Source: Octopus vulgaris
Taxonomy: Eukaryota
Direction of reading: 5' to 3'
DNA: 64,000 bases
Assembly (NCBI GenBank): GCA_951406725.2
Contig: OX597825.1
Location: 63,550,001 to 63,614,000 of the forward strand
Shown here: in pieces, positions 25,516-37,892 of the stretch
Layout: each line of letters starts with the position of its first letter
How positions within the stretch are numbered: the stretch's first letter is position 1
Notes under the pieces: generated by a model
Seen by the model: the letters and a program-made list of their open reading frames with translations, nothing else
Told to the model about the DNA's origin: nothing
The model's database searches: none
Translations under genes and position numbers: made by a program

Positions 25516-25833
25516 TAATAATACTTAGAGGTATTACTTCCACTGCTACGACCATGACCACTAACAACAACAACAATACTAAAGGTGATCAAGACGAAGA
25601 TAGCAGGAAAATTATCTTATTTAGGGTTTAAAAGTTCTATTGCCACCACCATCACCACTAGCAACAATAATTAAGGTGCTGACAATGATGATGATGACAA
25701 TTGAAATATAAAAATATAAAAATCTCTGACAAAGGATATTTACAACATTTCTAAAAATAACCCAACAATTGCTGCTTCGGCCAGGGTCAAGATACAGGAC
25801 TCTTGACCTGTCCAACAAAGCGTGATGCCTAAA

Positions 25834-25947
25834 CCAATCAGCTCAACCAACCAATCAGCTTAAGTAATTGAGTGATACTACACACTGATTGGTCAGAATA
25901 CAGTTTGCAAAACCTAGCACTCTGGAGCCTACCCAGCTGTATTTATA
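25834..25947 (+). promoter_or_regulatory. Putative pLTR promoter: three CCAAT boxes and a TATA-like element
   Basis: CCAAT at 25834 and 25851, ATTGG at 25888, TATTTATA at 25940-25947 (TATAAATA on the other strand), about 65 nt upstream of the hammerhead; mirrored at 23334-23447. Confidence 0.5.
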
Positions 25948-26010
25948 GCACAGAATCACTCATCTTGCTACAGTCAAAAATTGTGAAGCATGACTGTCAA
26001 CACTACTACA

Positions 26011-26055
26011 TGAACCCGAAGATTGCAGAATTCAATGCATGAAAGTACTAGTTCA
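26011..26055 (+). ncRNA. Minimal type-I hammerhead ribozyme in PLE pLTR
   Basis: TGAAC-CCGAAGA-T.TGCA(GAATTCAA)TGCA.T-GAAA-GTAC-TA-GTTCA: stem I TGAAC/GTTCA, core with U4C, stem II, GAAA, palindromic GTAC, predicted cleavage after 26050. PLE pLTRs are known to carry minimal HHRs. Confidence 0.72.
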
Positions 26056-26187
26056 ATCAGAATGAATATTTAACATTCTACTATTTCATTTTATTTTATT
26101 CAATTATAATATATTATCTTATAATATATCATTATAAGATTGTAAATAAAACGTGAAAATCAGACAAGGTTGGAATTCTTTTTATTA

Positions 26188-26220
<33 letters not shown>

Positions 26221-26375
26221 AAGTAATATTTATCGCCACATCAATATGGCTGGGGTTAAAACAGTAGTAACCTCGAACAGCCATAGTGATGTGGCGATAA
26301 ACATTACTTCTTAGTATAGTTAGTACTTTCATCTCTTATTGAGATTTGTCTAACTAGTTACTTTACTTATATTTA
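26221..26375. repeat. Fold-back repeat family FA, second copy
   Basis: aagtaatatttatcgccacatcaatatggctg / cagccatagtgatgtggcgataaacattactt hairpin; loop gggttaaaacagtag shared with ~20430-20460. Confidence 0.8.
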
Positions 26376-26751
26376 TATATATGTTATGTATGTGTATGTG
26401 TATGTATCATTGTATCTACGAGTTCGTATGTATTAACAAACTTTCAAATGTTCAAGTGTGTTTTACCGTAATGAAACTATATGAAATGTGATCCCGAGCC
26501 AAACATTTAATATAAATAAAGATAAATACTACGTATCGTCTTCTATGGTATTTTTCTCGTTGAAAAAAAGTACTACCTACTTATCTACCTGTCCTATTCT
26601 TCCCCCTCTCTCGCTATATGTCTACCAACTGCTCTTTCTGTTTATTTATATATAAATATTATATAGTACATAGGTAAGAATCAGATGTCCTCCGTGTAGA
26701 ATACACTTAATAGTGCTTAAGTGATTTAAACTTGAGCAGGTATATACGAAT

Positions 26752-27350
26752 ATGTAGGGATAAGCAAGTTAAAGTGATCAAAATTGAAAATATATTAAAT
26801 TCATGAAATACAAAAATCTGTATTCGTATATATACGAAAAGGTCCGATTTACACAGAATAGGAAGGATATCGAGAATTAAAGGGATTGCAGAAAAGTATT
26901 ACAAATCCAACAGCTGTTTCCGAGGGTTTGATGGTCCAAAATAATGTTTATAGATTTATTTCCTCGTCGGATGACACCAGCCTCCGTCTTCAAGGAAGCG
27001 ATCTTACATTTGAGGTGTTGAAAGAAACTTTGAACTTGTTTGAAATTCTTTCTCTCAGCATCTCAAATGTAAGGGCCTTGAAGACGGAGAACCTACTCAC
27101 CCGACGATGGAATCAGTCTGTGAGCATTAATTTGGACCACCGAGCTCCCAGAAACAGCCGTTGGATTTGTAATACTTTTCTTCAACCCACTTATTTCTGG
27201 ATATCTTTTCTGTTCTGTGTAAGACAGACTAACCGCATATAAACATATATACATTTTTGTTTGTATTTCATCTATTTAATATACTTTATATATTGACCTG
27301 TGTAACTTGCTTATCCCTACATTTTCTTGTAAACAGATGTGTTTATAAAT
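26752..27350. mobile_element. Diverged fold-back element FB (arms ~26752-27015 / 27061-27322) with hammerhead-like motifs; probable old PLE pLTR pair
   Basis: atgtagggataagcaagtt...gaaaagtattacaaatccaacagctgtttc...ctccgtcttcaagg mirrored by ccttgaagacggag...gaaacagccgttggatttgtaatacttttc...aacttgcttatccctacat. Confidence 0.65.
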
Positions 27351-27870
27351 ACCCTGTTGATGTTGAGATTCCAATGAAGGAACCTTGGATGTAGCATGGT
27401 AACAAGCTCTTTCTCTATTGGCAAGAAATCTTTAAATAAAACTGAATAATGAATTACATACATACATACGTACATTCATGCGAAGCGACAAGGCGTAGAT
27501 TTGGCGTGGAAAATTAGTTATCGGGAATACAATGTATACACTCTCCGACTTTGAAGTCACAACTATAAGCCTTGTTAAATACGTAGCCAATTTGTAAGTG
27601 ATTTCATTGAGAGAGCCTTTGATTCAAGATCGCATTGATTTTCGACCGAAGCTTGACTTTACAAGGTAGATAGTTACTACAAGCATGATCGCTGGTCTCA
27701 ATATCAACAACAACAACAACACACTTAAAGAACAGAACAAAAACAACATAGCTAAAGAAAAACAGATTCGTTGTAGCAGTACTTATAGAAGAAACCCTAA
27801 CTACAAAACACAATTTTCTTGTAGTTCTGGACTGATTAAGGGTATTTATTTGTTGTAAAATGGGAAAAAA

Positions 27871-27998
27871 CAAAATTCCACTGTTGGATGGATGAATAGA
27901 TTAAAGACATACTGGGACGATCTGCATCCAGAATTAAAATATTTCAATACGAAACAATTACGCCAACAAGCATATTTTGTTGAATATAAGAAGTTAGT
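27871..27998 (+). pseudogene. Short coding-like remnant resembling the N-terminal region of R4/Dong-type ORFs
   Basis: Manual translation NSTVGWMNRLKTYWDDLHPELKYFNTKQLRQQAYFVEYKKL; in-frame stop just upstream; resemblance judged from memory only. Confidence 0.3.
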
Positions 27999-28047
27999 GA
28001 GTGTAAATTTATTCAAAATTAGTCTGAAATTAACTTCCTTATCAATA

Positions 28048-28447
28048 GGCGCAGGAGTGGCTGTGTGTTAAGTAGCTTGCTTACCAACCTCATGGTTCCG
28101 GGTTCAATCCCACAGCGTGGCAACTTGGGCAAGTGTCTTCTACTGTAGCCTCGGGCCGACCATTTTCCTTGTGAGCGGATCTGACAGACGGAAACTGAAA
28201 AAAGCCCGTCGTATATATGTATATATATATATGTATGTGTGTGTGTTCGTGTGTCTGTGTTTGTCTCTCAACATCGCATGACAGCCGTGGCTGGCGTGTT
28301 GCCGTCCCAGTAACGTAGCGGTTCGGCAAAACAGGCCGATAGAATAAGTACTAGGCTTACAAAGAATAAGTCCTGAGGTCAAATTGCTCGACGAAAGGAG
28401 GTGCTCCAAATGACTGAAACAAGTAAAAGAGTAAAAGAGTAAAAGAA
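28048..28447 (+). mobile_element. tRNA-derived SINE family C, full length (internal TA/TG microsatellite, LINE-like tail)
   Basis: Head ggcgcaggagtggctgtgtg...ggttcaatccc (B-box), CORE-like cttgggcaagtgtcttct, tail ggtgctcca...tgactgaaacaagtaaaaga(gtaaaaga)n. Confidence 0.88.
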
Positions 28448-31400
28448 TGAGCAAAATGCAAACGTTGTTTGAATACATCATTTTAGTACAGTTTGTGACA
28501 TTGTTACAAATACCATATTGCTTGCCGTGTCTGTCTTCTACGACAAGCATCCATCGTTGTAGTAGAGGTTTGGGTTACATATCGTTGAAAATATGCCCTT
28601 TAAAATATTTTCAAGTAAAAGCAACTTTGACTTTGAGGTACTCTCTCGTAGAAAGAATATACTCTACCAAAGTAAAAGAAAGACCAACATACACAAGATT
28701 AAAAGCTCTTAATAAAATATAAGAGGGATCTTTACCCCAATGTAATGAACACTAATTCAGATAGAATAACGCCTGTTTATATGCCCTCTTTACTACTGCA
28801 AAGCAGGACATGAGTTGTCAAAATTTATAAAACTTTTCAGACATTTACCAGTTAAATCTATACACATGCCTAGAAATGCAACTATATGCATGACAATGCA
28901 TGCATAAAACAAGACTGGAATTTGCACATGCTGCAACTCAAAATACCGCCAATATAAACACAAATATGCACAAATACTCTGCCCATGCTGTAGAAATTCC
29001 ATTGATGGAGCTTTGGATCTAAGTTAGTAACCGATTTCTTCTCCATTGGCAAGAAACCTCGAAATATAACTGAATAATAACACACATACATGAAACAAGC
29101 ATGCATGAATACATATTTCAAATATATAGAGAGAGGACACAGATAAACATTAATATAATAATCAGTGAATAAGTGCTTGATGTGATAATTTAATTTTATC
29201 CTAGGAATATGTAGAAAATTCATTCACTCATCATTCAACGTATATATAATATTATGGCTTCTGATTTAGACACAAGTTTAGCAATTATAAGGACAGAGTG
29301 TTAGTCAATGCCATCACCCTCTGTAATTGATTGGTATTCTATTTTATCGTTCTTGAAGGAATAACAGGAAAAAGTTTGTAAAATATGACACTTATATAAA
29401 GCTGGTGTAGGAAATTATGACCATAACGGCTTTGACTATACAATTGGTCACATAGTTATAGTTTTCTTTTAAGTTCACCAGAAGCGATTTGGACATGTTG
29501 CGACGGTTTCAAGAATATACAGTAATTTGATTAGATCTTAGTGTGTTTATCACTGTCTCAATCCTCTTTTCTATATATTAGATATCGATATAGAATCATA
29601 ATTGCAAATACTTGTTCAGTATCGTTTTGTATGGTAGATTCCAGATAAAATTCAAGAGTTATACTTTGTTCTCGGACTCATATTAATAGAATGTGCAATA
29701 GTTATAGTGTTGGTGCTTTTTTATTTATCTGATTCTCTGTACATCTGCTATGGCTAAGCAAATTGTTTGTGATCAACAGAATCGTTATTGCTTCAAAGAG
29801 GAGAGTTATCTATAAGTTCCCTTTATCTGCTAGAAATAGCAAGACTATCTTATCCATTAGATCGCACCCTACTAGCATAAAGCATTAAGGACATTGGGAA
29901 ATATTTTTTCCCTTTGCCTTGAAAGCAGTGCTGGTGCTCATTGTTTTCAAAAGCCTATCATATACATCGACACGTTTAAAGCTCTCCGTGAATACTTGCT
30001 AAACGACGGCTGTATCCTATGAAAGGAATATGTTAGAAGGGAATTACAGAAAGCTATCTTACTTCAAGAGAAGATTGCAGCATGTTGACTAGCATGAGAG
30101 CCACAAACCATTCTGCTGCACATCTCTTTATACTATATACGCTAAATACATGAATCCGATTCAGATTTTTGTAGATATTTGTAGCACAATACCATATCAA
30201 GCACTTATCCACATATATCACTTAAGCTCTTATGCACATTGATTTCAATTGGCGTGAGTGTTCTTTTATATATGTATGTCTGTTCGCTAGCATATATGCG
30301 TGTAACTATGTTTGTTTAGTTGCATAAGTGTGTATGAATTAAGATAAACTCTGTCATATACGCGGAACAAGATAAGCGATGAAAAAGAATGGAGTAGCTG
30401 AGTGGAATGATACGCACTTGAAGGGTACCTTTTCTATCAACACTACAACTTTAGTTATTGTTCCTCCAGTTAAAGTATGCCTTAGTATTATTATTATTAT
30501 TACTTTTGATTGATATGATTAGAAGATTCCAAGTTCAAACCTAATGTTGACAAGAATCAGAATGAGAATAATTGTGGAAGAAAAAAACAATCTTTTAATT
30601 ATAGGTTTAACTGATTATGTAATTGTAAAAATAGTCTAAAATGTCCCTTAGCTAACCAATTCTTAAGGCAATACATAGTTTATAAATGTTGAGTAACAAC
30701 AGGTGAATGTACGTACTGTTAAATATGTACTTGCGCATCGGATTTATATCTATATTATAGATTGAAATTTCTTCGATTAAATTTAGGATAAAACTTCACT
30801 TCTTTATGTAAATGTCTCGAGCCTCTAAGCGAGGAATATTAGGTACGATAGGTAGTCTATAAAAGGTAGTGCACCTCTATATAATGAAGTAAAACTAAAA
30901 TACAAGTTATTTCTCCAGGGGGCACTTCATATAGTTACTTCCAAATCTAACATATTAACCCCAAACTTTCATTAGTATTAGCATGTACACATTCGCTTAG
31001 AAGGCTCTTTAAAGCTTTCTTTAGTCTACCTTAATGCAATACTGCATTAATACCCATTTTATTAAGATACACAGATTTGTGTACCTTAATGCAATAGATT
31101 GGGTCATCCTTACCTGGTCCGTTATAATTACTACATGTAACATACCTATTTTCATTTAGTAAATACATTATCTTAATGTTCTAAATATCATTTTACTATC
31201 ATTGTTGTTGTTTTTGTGGTTATCAGTATTTTATTTTTCAAGAGTTCTGTAATTAGATAGCTTAATTATTTTTAATTATTTTAGAAATAAAACATCTTAA
31301 ATTTTCTTATTAAGTATATTTTTGATGTTGTATTTATGTTAATTTATCTTATTAATGTTAGATTTAATTTAATTTTTAGACATTTATTCGTTCAAGGAAA

Positions 31401-31826
31401 ATAAACTTTCGTTAAATAGAGTAGCCCGATCAGAATTCTAATTAACTAAACCTGACTGTTTCTACTCATAGTTTTGATTTAGAATAAACGCTGATCAATC
31501 AACATTTTCATCATAAACGAAATAAATTATCTTTTGTTTAGCTTTGTTTTACATATCTGAACTACATATTTCAAATGGTCAGTAATAGCTTAAATGAGGC
31601 AAGGATTTTGCCAGAAATATTCTTCAAGCTCATGGGTGGGATTGTTTAAACTATCTTGGTACAATTCTGTCATGTGATAAATACAACTATTTAGGGTGCC
31701 TGCTTAAAAACCTTCCTACGTTTATGCTAATTAAATATTGTCAGTTTTACTGTTCACTTTCTCCCTTAAAATATTTTCTGTTTGAAACTGTGTGGTATAG
31801 TTTTTATAGATATAGAACTCAATTAA

Positions 31827-31866
<40 letters not shown>

Positions 31867-32014
31867 GGAATTTTAATTGAGAAAAGACGGAATCAACTGA
31901 CATGTACATTTAATGCATCGCAGAATTTTGGAATTTGGCAATCTATCCGAAAACATGCCTGAGCCGATTAAATAATGCATAATTCTCTGTACCTTTGAAT
32001 CCATGTATATATGT

Positions 32015-32135
32015 GTTCCCAAACACATAGTTCTGATCATAGTGTCATGGCGTAGCACAGGAAACAACACTCTCGGGTTGGCCAAAGTTTTGTGAGTGAA
32101 TTTTGTAGACAAAAACTGAAAAACACCGTCGTATA
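32015..32135 (+). mobile_element. Degenerate partial SINE family C
   Basis: ctcgggttggccaaagttttgtgagtgaattttgtagacaaaaactgaaaaacaccgtcgtatata. Confidence 0.6.
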
Positions 32136-32299
32136 TATATGTATATATATATATATATAGATATATATATATATATATTTATATATACATGTAAGTGTAT
32201 GTGCGTGTGTGTGCGCGTGTATGTGTATGTGGTGTGTGTGAGGTTGAGTAAAATGTAAGCAACGTTTTGAAAAAATGAAATTAATCACAGTATATTTGG

Positions 32300-32660
32300 A
32301 AAAATGCGGAAATTGTATTTATTAAATTAAGTACCATTTCAATTAAGACACTTTTGCCAACGAGTTACAAGCTTGTTTATTCCGGTGACATAAAAAAAAA
32401 TCTGTAGTTTTAGAACACTTTCAGCTTCGGTTTGATGTTTGAACTCCTTCTCTCGCAGGAATCTATCAAGTTGCTTGAAAAAGTGGTAGTCGGTAGGAGA
32501 AATGTCTTGGGAATACGATGGATAGGGAATACCTTCATAGACAAGTTCCCTCAAATTCCGTAGCGTCATTAGTGAAACGTGTGGTCGAGCATTGTCATGG
32601 AAAAATGGCCAGTTTGTGACGGAGGAGTAGCAGTTTACCTTTCATGTTGACATTTTCATG
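32300..32660 (-). pseudogene. Mariner (D,D34D-type) transposase C-terminal remnant
   Basis: FHDNARPHV followed by ORF 32339-32569 YPSYSQDISPTDYHFFKQLDRFL...FYVTGINKLVTRWQKC (YSPDLAPxDYHxF motif). Confidence 0.85.
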
Positions 32661-34054
32661 GCAATGTTTCACCACCAAAACAGTCACCATAACCTTCTAT
32701 ATAATACAAAAATGGGACAAGAACGCAAAACATCCAGACAGACTATACAAAGAAAACACGGACTGATCGTTCGGAGTTTTCTTTCTTCAGTCCAGTTCCA
32801 GATTATCTTTGCAATTTTGGCTGGTTATACTCGAGATTGCTCCAATCTGGCCAACCCCAAGGAAAACCTAAACTAAGAGCACTAGAGTCCTTGGATTGTT
32901 ATATATATATATATATATATCATTTGCTTTTGCAACCTGCTCAAACACAAATGTTTACCTGACCTTCATTGTCCCCTAATAAATTATAAAGTATTATTGA
33001 TTATGAAAACCCGTAACTTATTTCAGATAATATATAAGTGTTTTCTACATATAATTTTCAGAGGAAGCATTAAACATTTCAGGGAATAGTTTTCGGAAAA
33101 TGTAATATACGTAATGCTTTGCATAAAACAGTAAAAATAATATAGAAATATAACTTCTGCAAAATGGTTTCTTATCAAAGAGTATTTTCTTTATATTTCA
33201 TCAAATATTATTTGTTTCCCTAAATACACCGTGCATAAAATTGGCAACAATTTTAATCAGAACAACTACGTATTAATGAGATTGAATTTTGTGGTGTCAT
33301 AAACCTATGATGAATTTTTACAATGAGAGCAGGTTAATATTCTAAATGATATAAGATGCATATGGATATAATTACCCACATAAATCAGTAATATTTGGAC
33401 GGATAAAAAGCTATAAAAAAGAACTAGCAGAACGGATGTTCAAAATGAAATGCAATCTGGCAAGCTTTTAAAAATTGATTATATAACAAACGGAAAATAA
33501 CAACAGCCCTTTTTGTGAATTAATTGAATGTGATAAAAAGATAACTATAACCATTACAGGAAAAAAGAACGGAATGTATAATATTTCGCATGATAGAACT
33601 CATAAACGAAAGTGTGGTAATTGTGTGTCCGATGTAAAATATTCCCAAGGTTTACAGCTATTATGTTTACAGATGATTTTCTGTATTGTGTTATATATTA
33701 ATTCGTAGTCTTTTTATTTATTGTTTAACAGGATTACTGTTGATCTTTTTTTCTTATGTTAGTGGGGAATATTTAAATTTCGTATTGTCATTTTAATATA
33801 TAATCTGTGATTTTCTTTTTTTTTTATGCATATGAATAATGTATAATTTCATCTGCATTACGATCTTAGTGTTTGATCTTGCATTCGCCATCTTCCAGCA
33901 TTGCTTTACAAGGGTAGACATATTTTGCTTCCCATATATTCCTATGGAAGCAGAGACTAAATTACATTTTTAACTTGGAAATGTAACTTCCTGTAAAGGA
34001 ATATTGAGATAGGATTCACTCGCACCACCGCTACTTCTACAATTACTACTGCAA

Positions 34055-34166
<112 letters not shown>

Positions 34167-34269
34167 CCCTTACCCATCAATGGTTAATGTCTTCTGGCTT
34201 TGAAATCAGAAGGTTTTATCATAGATAGAAGGTTTTATCAATAGACATAAGGTTTTATCATAGAAACTT

Positions 34270-34872
34270 ACGATCAATGTCTGCCTACAAGGAGCTTCCA
34301 GGCCACTATATATAAGACATACAACCGTAGCCCAACACGACCTGTACGTAAGCAATAAAATGATACCATATATAATGTTGTTTCTACGTGCAGCCTTCTT
34401 GCACTACAGAAAATTTCAACAGGCATAATAGAACAATACAGTATATTCACTTGGTAATTTGCAAAAACTTGGACCCGCCGCATGATAAAAACTGGTGGGA
34501 ACACAAATCGCCTCCAATGCTTGAAAATGACCACATCTCATTCCACTGGAACTTTACCGTTCAAACTGACAGAAAGATAGATACAAATAGGCCAGACATT
34601 ATATTGAACACTTCAGACAAAAATTTTGCCTCCTCATTGAATTGACTGTCCCAGTCGACATAAATGTATCTGTCAAGACCTACCAAAACTGAGCAATTGG
34701 CAAATATGGAACCTCAACACTAAAACAATACCTGTTGTCATAGGTACCTTAGGAATGATAGCTAAAGGAGCTTATTGCTACTTCGCTCGGATACCAGGAA
34801 ATCCAAAAGTGGCAGAAATTAAAAAAAAATTGCTCATGGGAACTGCTCACATCCTACGTAATATACCGTCTA
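34270..34872 (+). pseudogene. Decayed R4/Dong-clade 3' fragment (REL endonuclease region)
   Basis: DQCLPTR, RHNRTIQYIH..IC, WWEHKSPPMLEND..FHWNFTVQTDRKIDTNRPDIIL, IPVVIGTLGMI, LMGTAHILR; homologous to 5973-6565; lies just downstream of (TAA)n. Confidence 0.82.
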
Positions 34873-36873
34873 TTACGACAAAAGCATATGGCTACTCCAA
34901 GATTTTGTCGCCAGCCAAACAAGAAATATTAATGTACTCCTCTACACAGATGCAATTTTTTAAATTCACATTTACTCTTCGTAAGATTGAGCGAAGTGCT
35001 TACCATTCTTTACACTGATATTCTTCCATCATGTATTAACTGAGGAACTGCATCCATCATACAAATTTCGCCACCATAATCGCCATACAAATAAGGAATG
35101 TACCCTCTTCTATGCCAGATGATGACAAAGATCGACCTACATGGTTGACATGGAGGATAATCTCATGCATCTTGCACGTGAGGACTGTTGTTCACCATAA
35201 ACCTAATGCTTGGCAATGCATGGACAATGAAAGATTGCGTGCTGGATGTAATTAACCTACACATATTTCAGTGAAGCTCAGTTACTCTCTGTTCTAAAGA
35301 ATCTATGTAAAATTTATATGGAAATCGAAGGACCCCTTTTAGCAATGCGATTCCCATGAACTTTTTAGAATTGTTGTTACAGAATAGAGCTGAAATAACT
35401 TAGATCGTATGCATGTATAGCCATGCAGCATTCTCTTTCTGTTAAGTAAAATGGAGGATATTATCAACAGAGATTTATTTTTCAAGAGCACGATGAAATT
35501 GATATACTACTACAAACAGTTTCCATAGAACTAGAGTGGCTGCTTCCAATCATCTGATTTAATGGAAGATTTGTTTGAGAGCTGGATATCTGCGTAGTGT
35601 ACATGTGGTGTGTAGTAGTGATAAGACATTGGTACATAACAGAGATGATAGAAGAAAGGGTGTAAGTTATTACACTTTATGAATTAATATGATTTTGAGA
35701 ATAATGCGAATGATAAATATGCTTCAGTCCAAAGAACTAGAGTTACTGTCAAAATTATAGAACGTTATCTAAAACAGCATAGCCATTATGAAATAATCAG
35801 TTACCTGCACAAATCCATTTTGAAATTTGTATTAATATAACTTTGTATTATAAAATATATAGTGAAAACGCGTGTTGATTTTCATCAAATTTGGCACGGT
35901 TAAATGCATGCCGTTTCAGACATAGTGTAGTTATCGGTTGATACGCAGACTTAATGATCACAGCATATAACATATACATTAATCATCTACATGTAAGAAA
36001 ATGATTCAGTCCTGTTCGTACATAATATTCCCGTTATAACCAGAATGCTCTTTGAAGGATTACGACCACAAATTGATTTTTAGAACAATGTTGCAAATAC
36101 AACATTTTGGTTCAAATAAGCTTAGATCACACATATATATATATCCTAAAGGGATTTACATAATTTATCTTTTGCACATTGACAAATGAACATTAACAGA
36201 TTATTTATGATGTATATTGACTGACTGAAAGTATAGTCATATGTACATTGGGTGTGTGTGTGTGTGTCTGTTTGTATGTGTATCTATGTGTGTGTCTGAA
36301 TGTCTGTGAGTTGGTTTATCCATTCATATACATATAAATATTGTGTGGGTGGGTGTTGTGTTGTGTGCGTGAATGTATATATGGTTATATTTTATGCATA
36401 TTGACCCCTAGAACTTTCTTTTTGATGAAAGATTGTAAGCGGCTATTCGTAAACTTTAACATTTCTTTCAACCCTGATTAATTCTTTCGATTTATCACAC
36501 GTTTGAATTCGAGGTATTTTGAATCTAACGCCATGAGACCGATTGCTTCCCTCCTTGGCCATACCGGAAATTGTTCTAACGGTCTTGTGTGAGGCGACAA
36601 AATTGCTTCGAGACAACTTTTCTTCGACGGAAAAATTTCATATTTATGTTACTTACTTTTTTGAAATGTTATTTAATTATGAGTCTCTGACATGTTTTGT
36701 TAGAGATGTTTCGTCAGAGATCTATTTTGCAGCCCGGAAATATTTCTGATTATTTGTAAAGGCCGGAGAAAATTTATATTGAACCCTCTCTAGACTACAT
36801 TTGAGTAAGAACATCTATACATACTCTATTCAGTTCGCGTGTAGCTTATTGTAGATGTGTGCCTGTATATATA

Positions 36874-36918
<45 letters not shown>

Positions 36919-37400
36919 TATATTATGTATGTGTGTGTGTGTGTATGTGTGTGTGTGTGTGTGTGTGTGCCTGTATGTGCGTGTGTATTTGTATGTGTGT
37001 GAGTATAATATTCACTGGTTAATAAGCTTATAACATTCTTTCCAAGGTTCTTAATTGGTTATTGGTTACCAGATGCTATTTTCGTGGCCTGAAGTTTATT
37101 GGGGTGGTTTGTTGTTGTGACTGTTTGAGTTGATGAATGAAAAGATATGTCTTAGGCTGAGTGTAGAGGTAACTGAACAGCACACACGAACATTTAAGAC
37201 AAAATTTTTATTATTGCACATAATGACAAACTGTCCCTGTAAGTCAAACGGCCAGACATTTTACATATATATATATATATATATATATCTTGACACAGGA
37301 TAGAAATTGTAACAGTATGTATGAGCATCCACGCAACTCCATATTTTAATTATATCCTGTTTGCTACTTTACCTAAGTAGGGAATATAGCATAGCATTGT

Positions 37401-37460
37401 GATAGACAAAGAACATGCTGCTTCTATGCTGGAGTGAACGCAGCATGTTCTTTGCCTATC
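37401..37460. repeat. 21-bp-arm hairpin (one mismatch), 18-nt loop
   Basis: gatagacaaagaacatgctgc / gcagcatgttctttgcctatc. Confidence 0.8.
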
Positions 37461-37739
37461 TCCTTAAAATGTTGGCGAGTTTAGGTATAATTATACTAAT
37501 GTGTCCATCTGTTCTAATTTAATTAAATTCTATGTCTTTGTGCAGCTGAGGATTGCTCTGCATTTTAAATTGATATAATGACTGCTTTGTTGTTCAATTA
37601 ACTGGAGTTGCATGAAACGATAGTACTGCATTACCTCTGGAAATCCTTGTTGTTTATTTTGATTTTAATCAACTTACTTTGGAATTGTATCGATAATACC
37701 ATACTAAATTCTGGTGCCTCAACTTAAGTGCCATATTCA

Positions 37740-37892
<153 letters not shown>

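Larger units (their letters stand above)
23088..26193 (+). mobile_element. Penelope-like retroelement (Neptune-type), 5'-truncated, with inverted 5' pseudo-LTR
   Basis: RT + GIY-YIG ORF flanked by 765-bp inverted repeats that include the ORF 3' end; right end runs into (TA)n. Confidence 0.93.
25429..26193 (+). repeat. Right (sense) pseudo-LTR
   Basis: Overlaps the last ~29 codons of the ORF plus 3' UTR; AATAAA at 26145-26150. Confidence 0.95.

Noticed and set aside
34208-34265. CRISPR-like repeat array
   Set aside because: Adjacent tandem units without spacers, eukaryotic context, no cas genes
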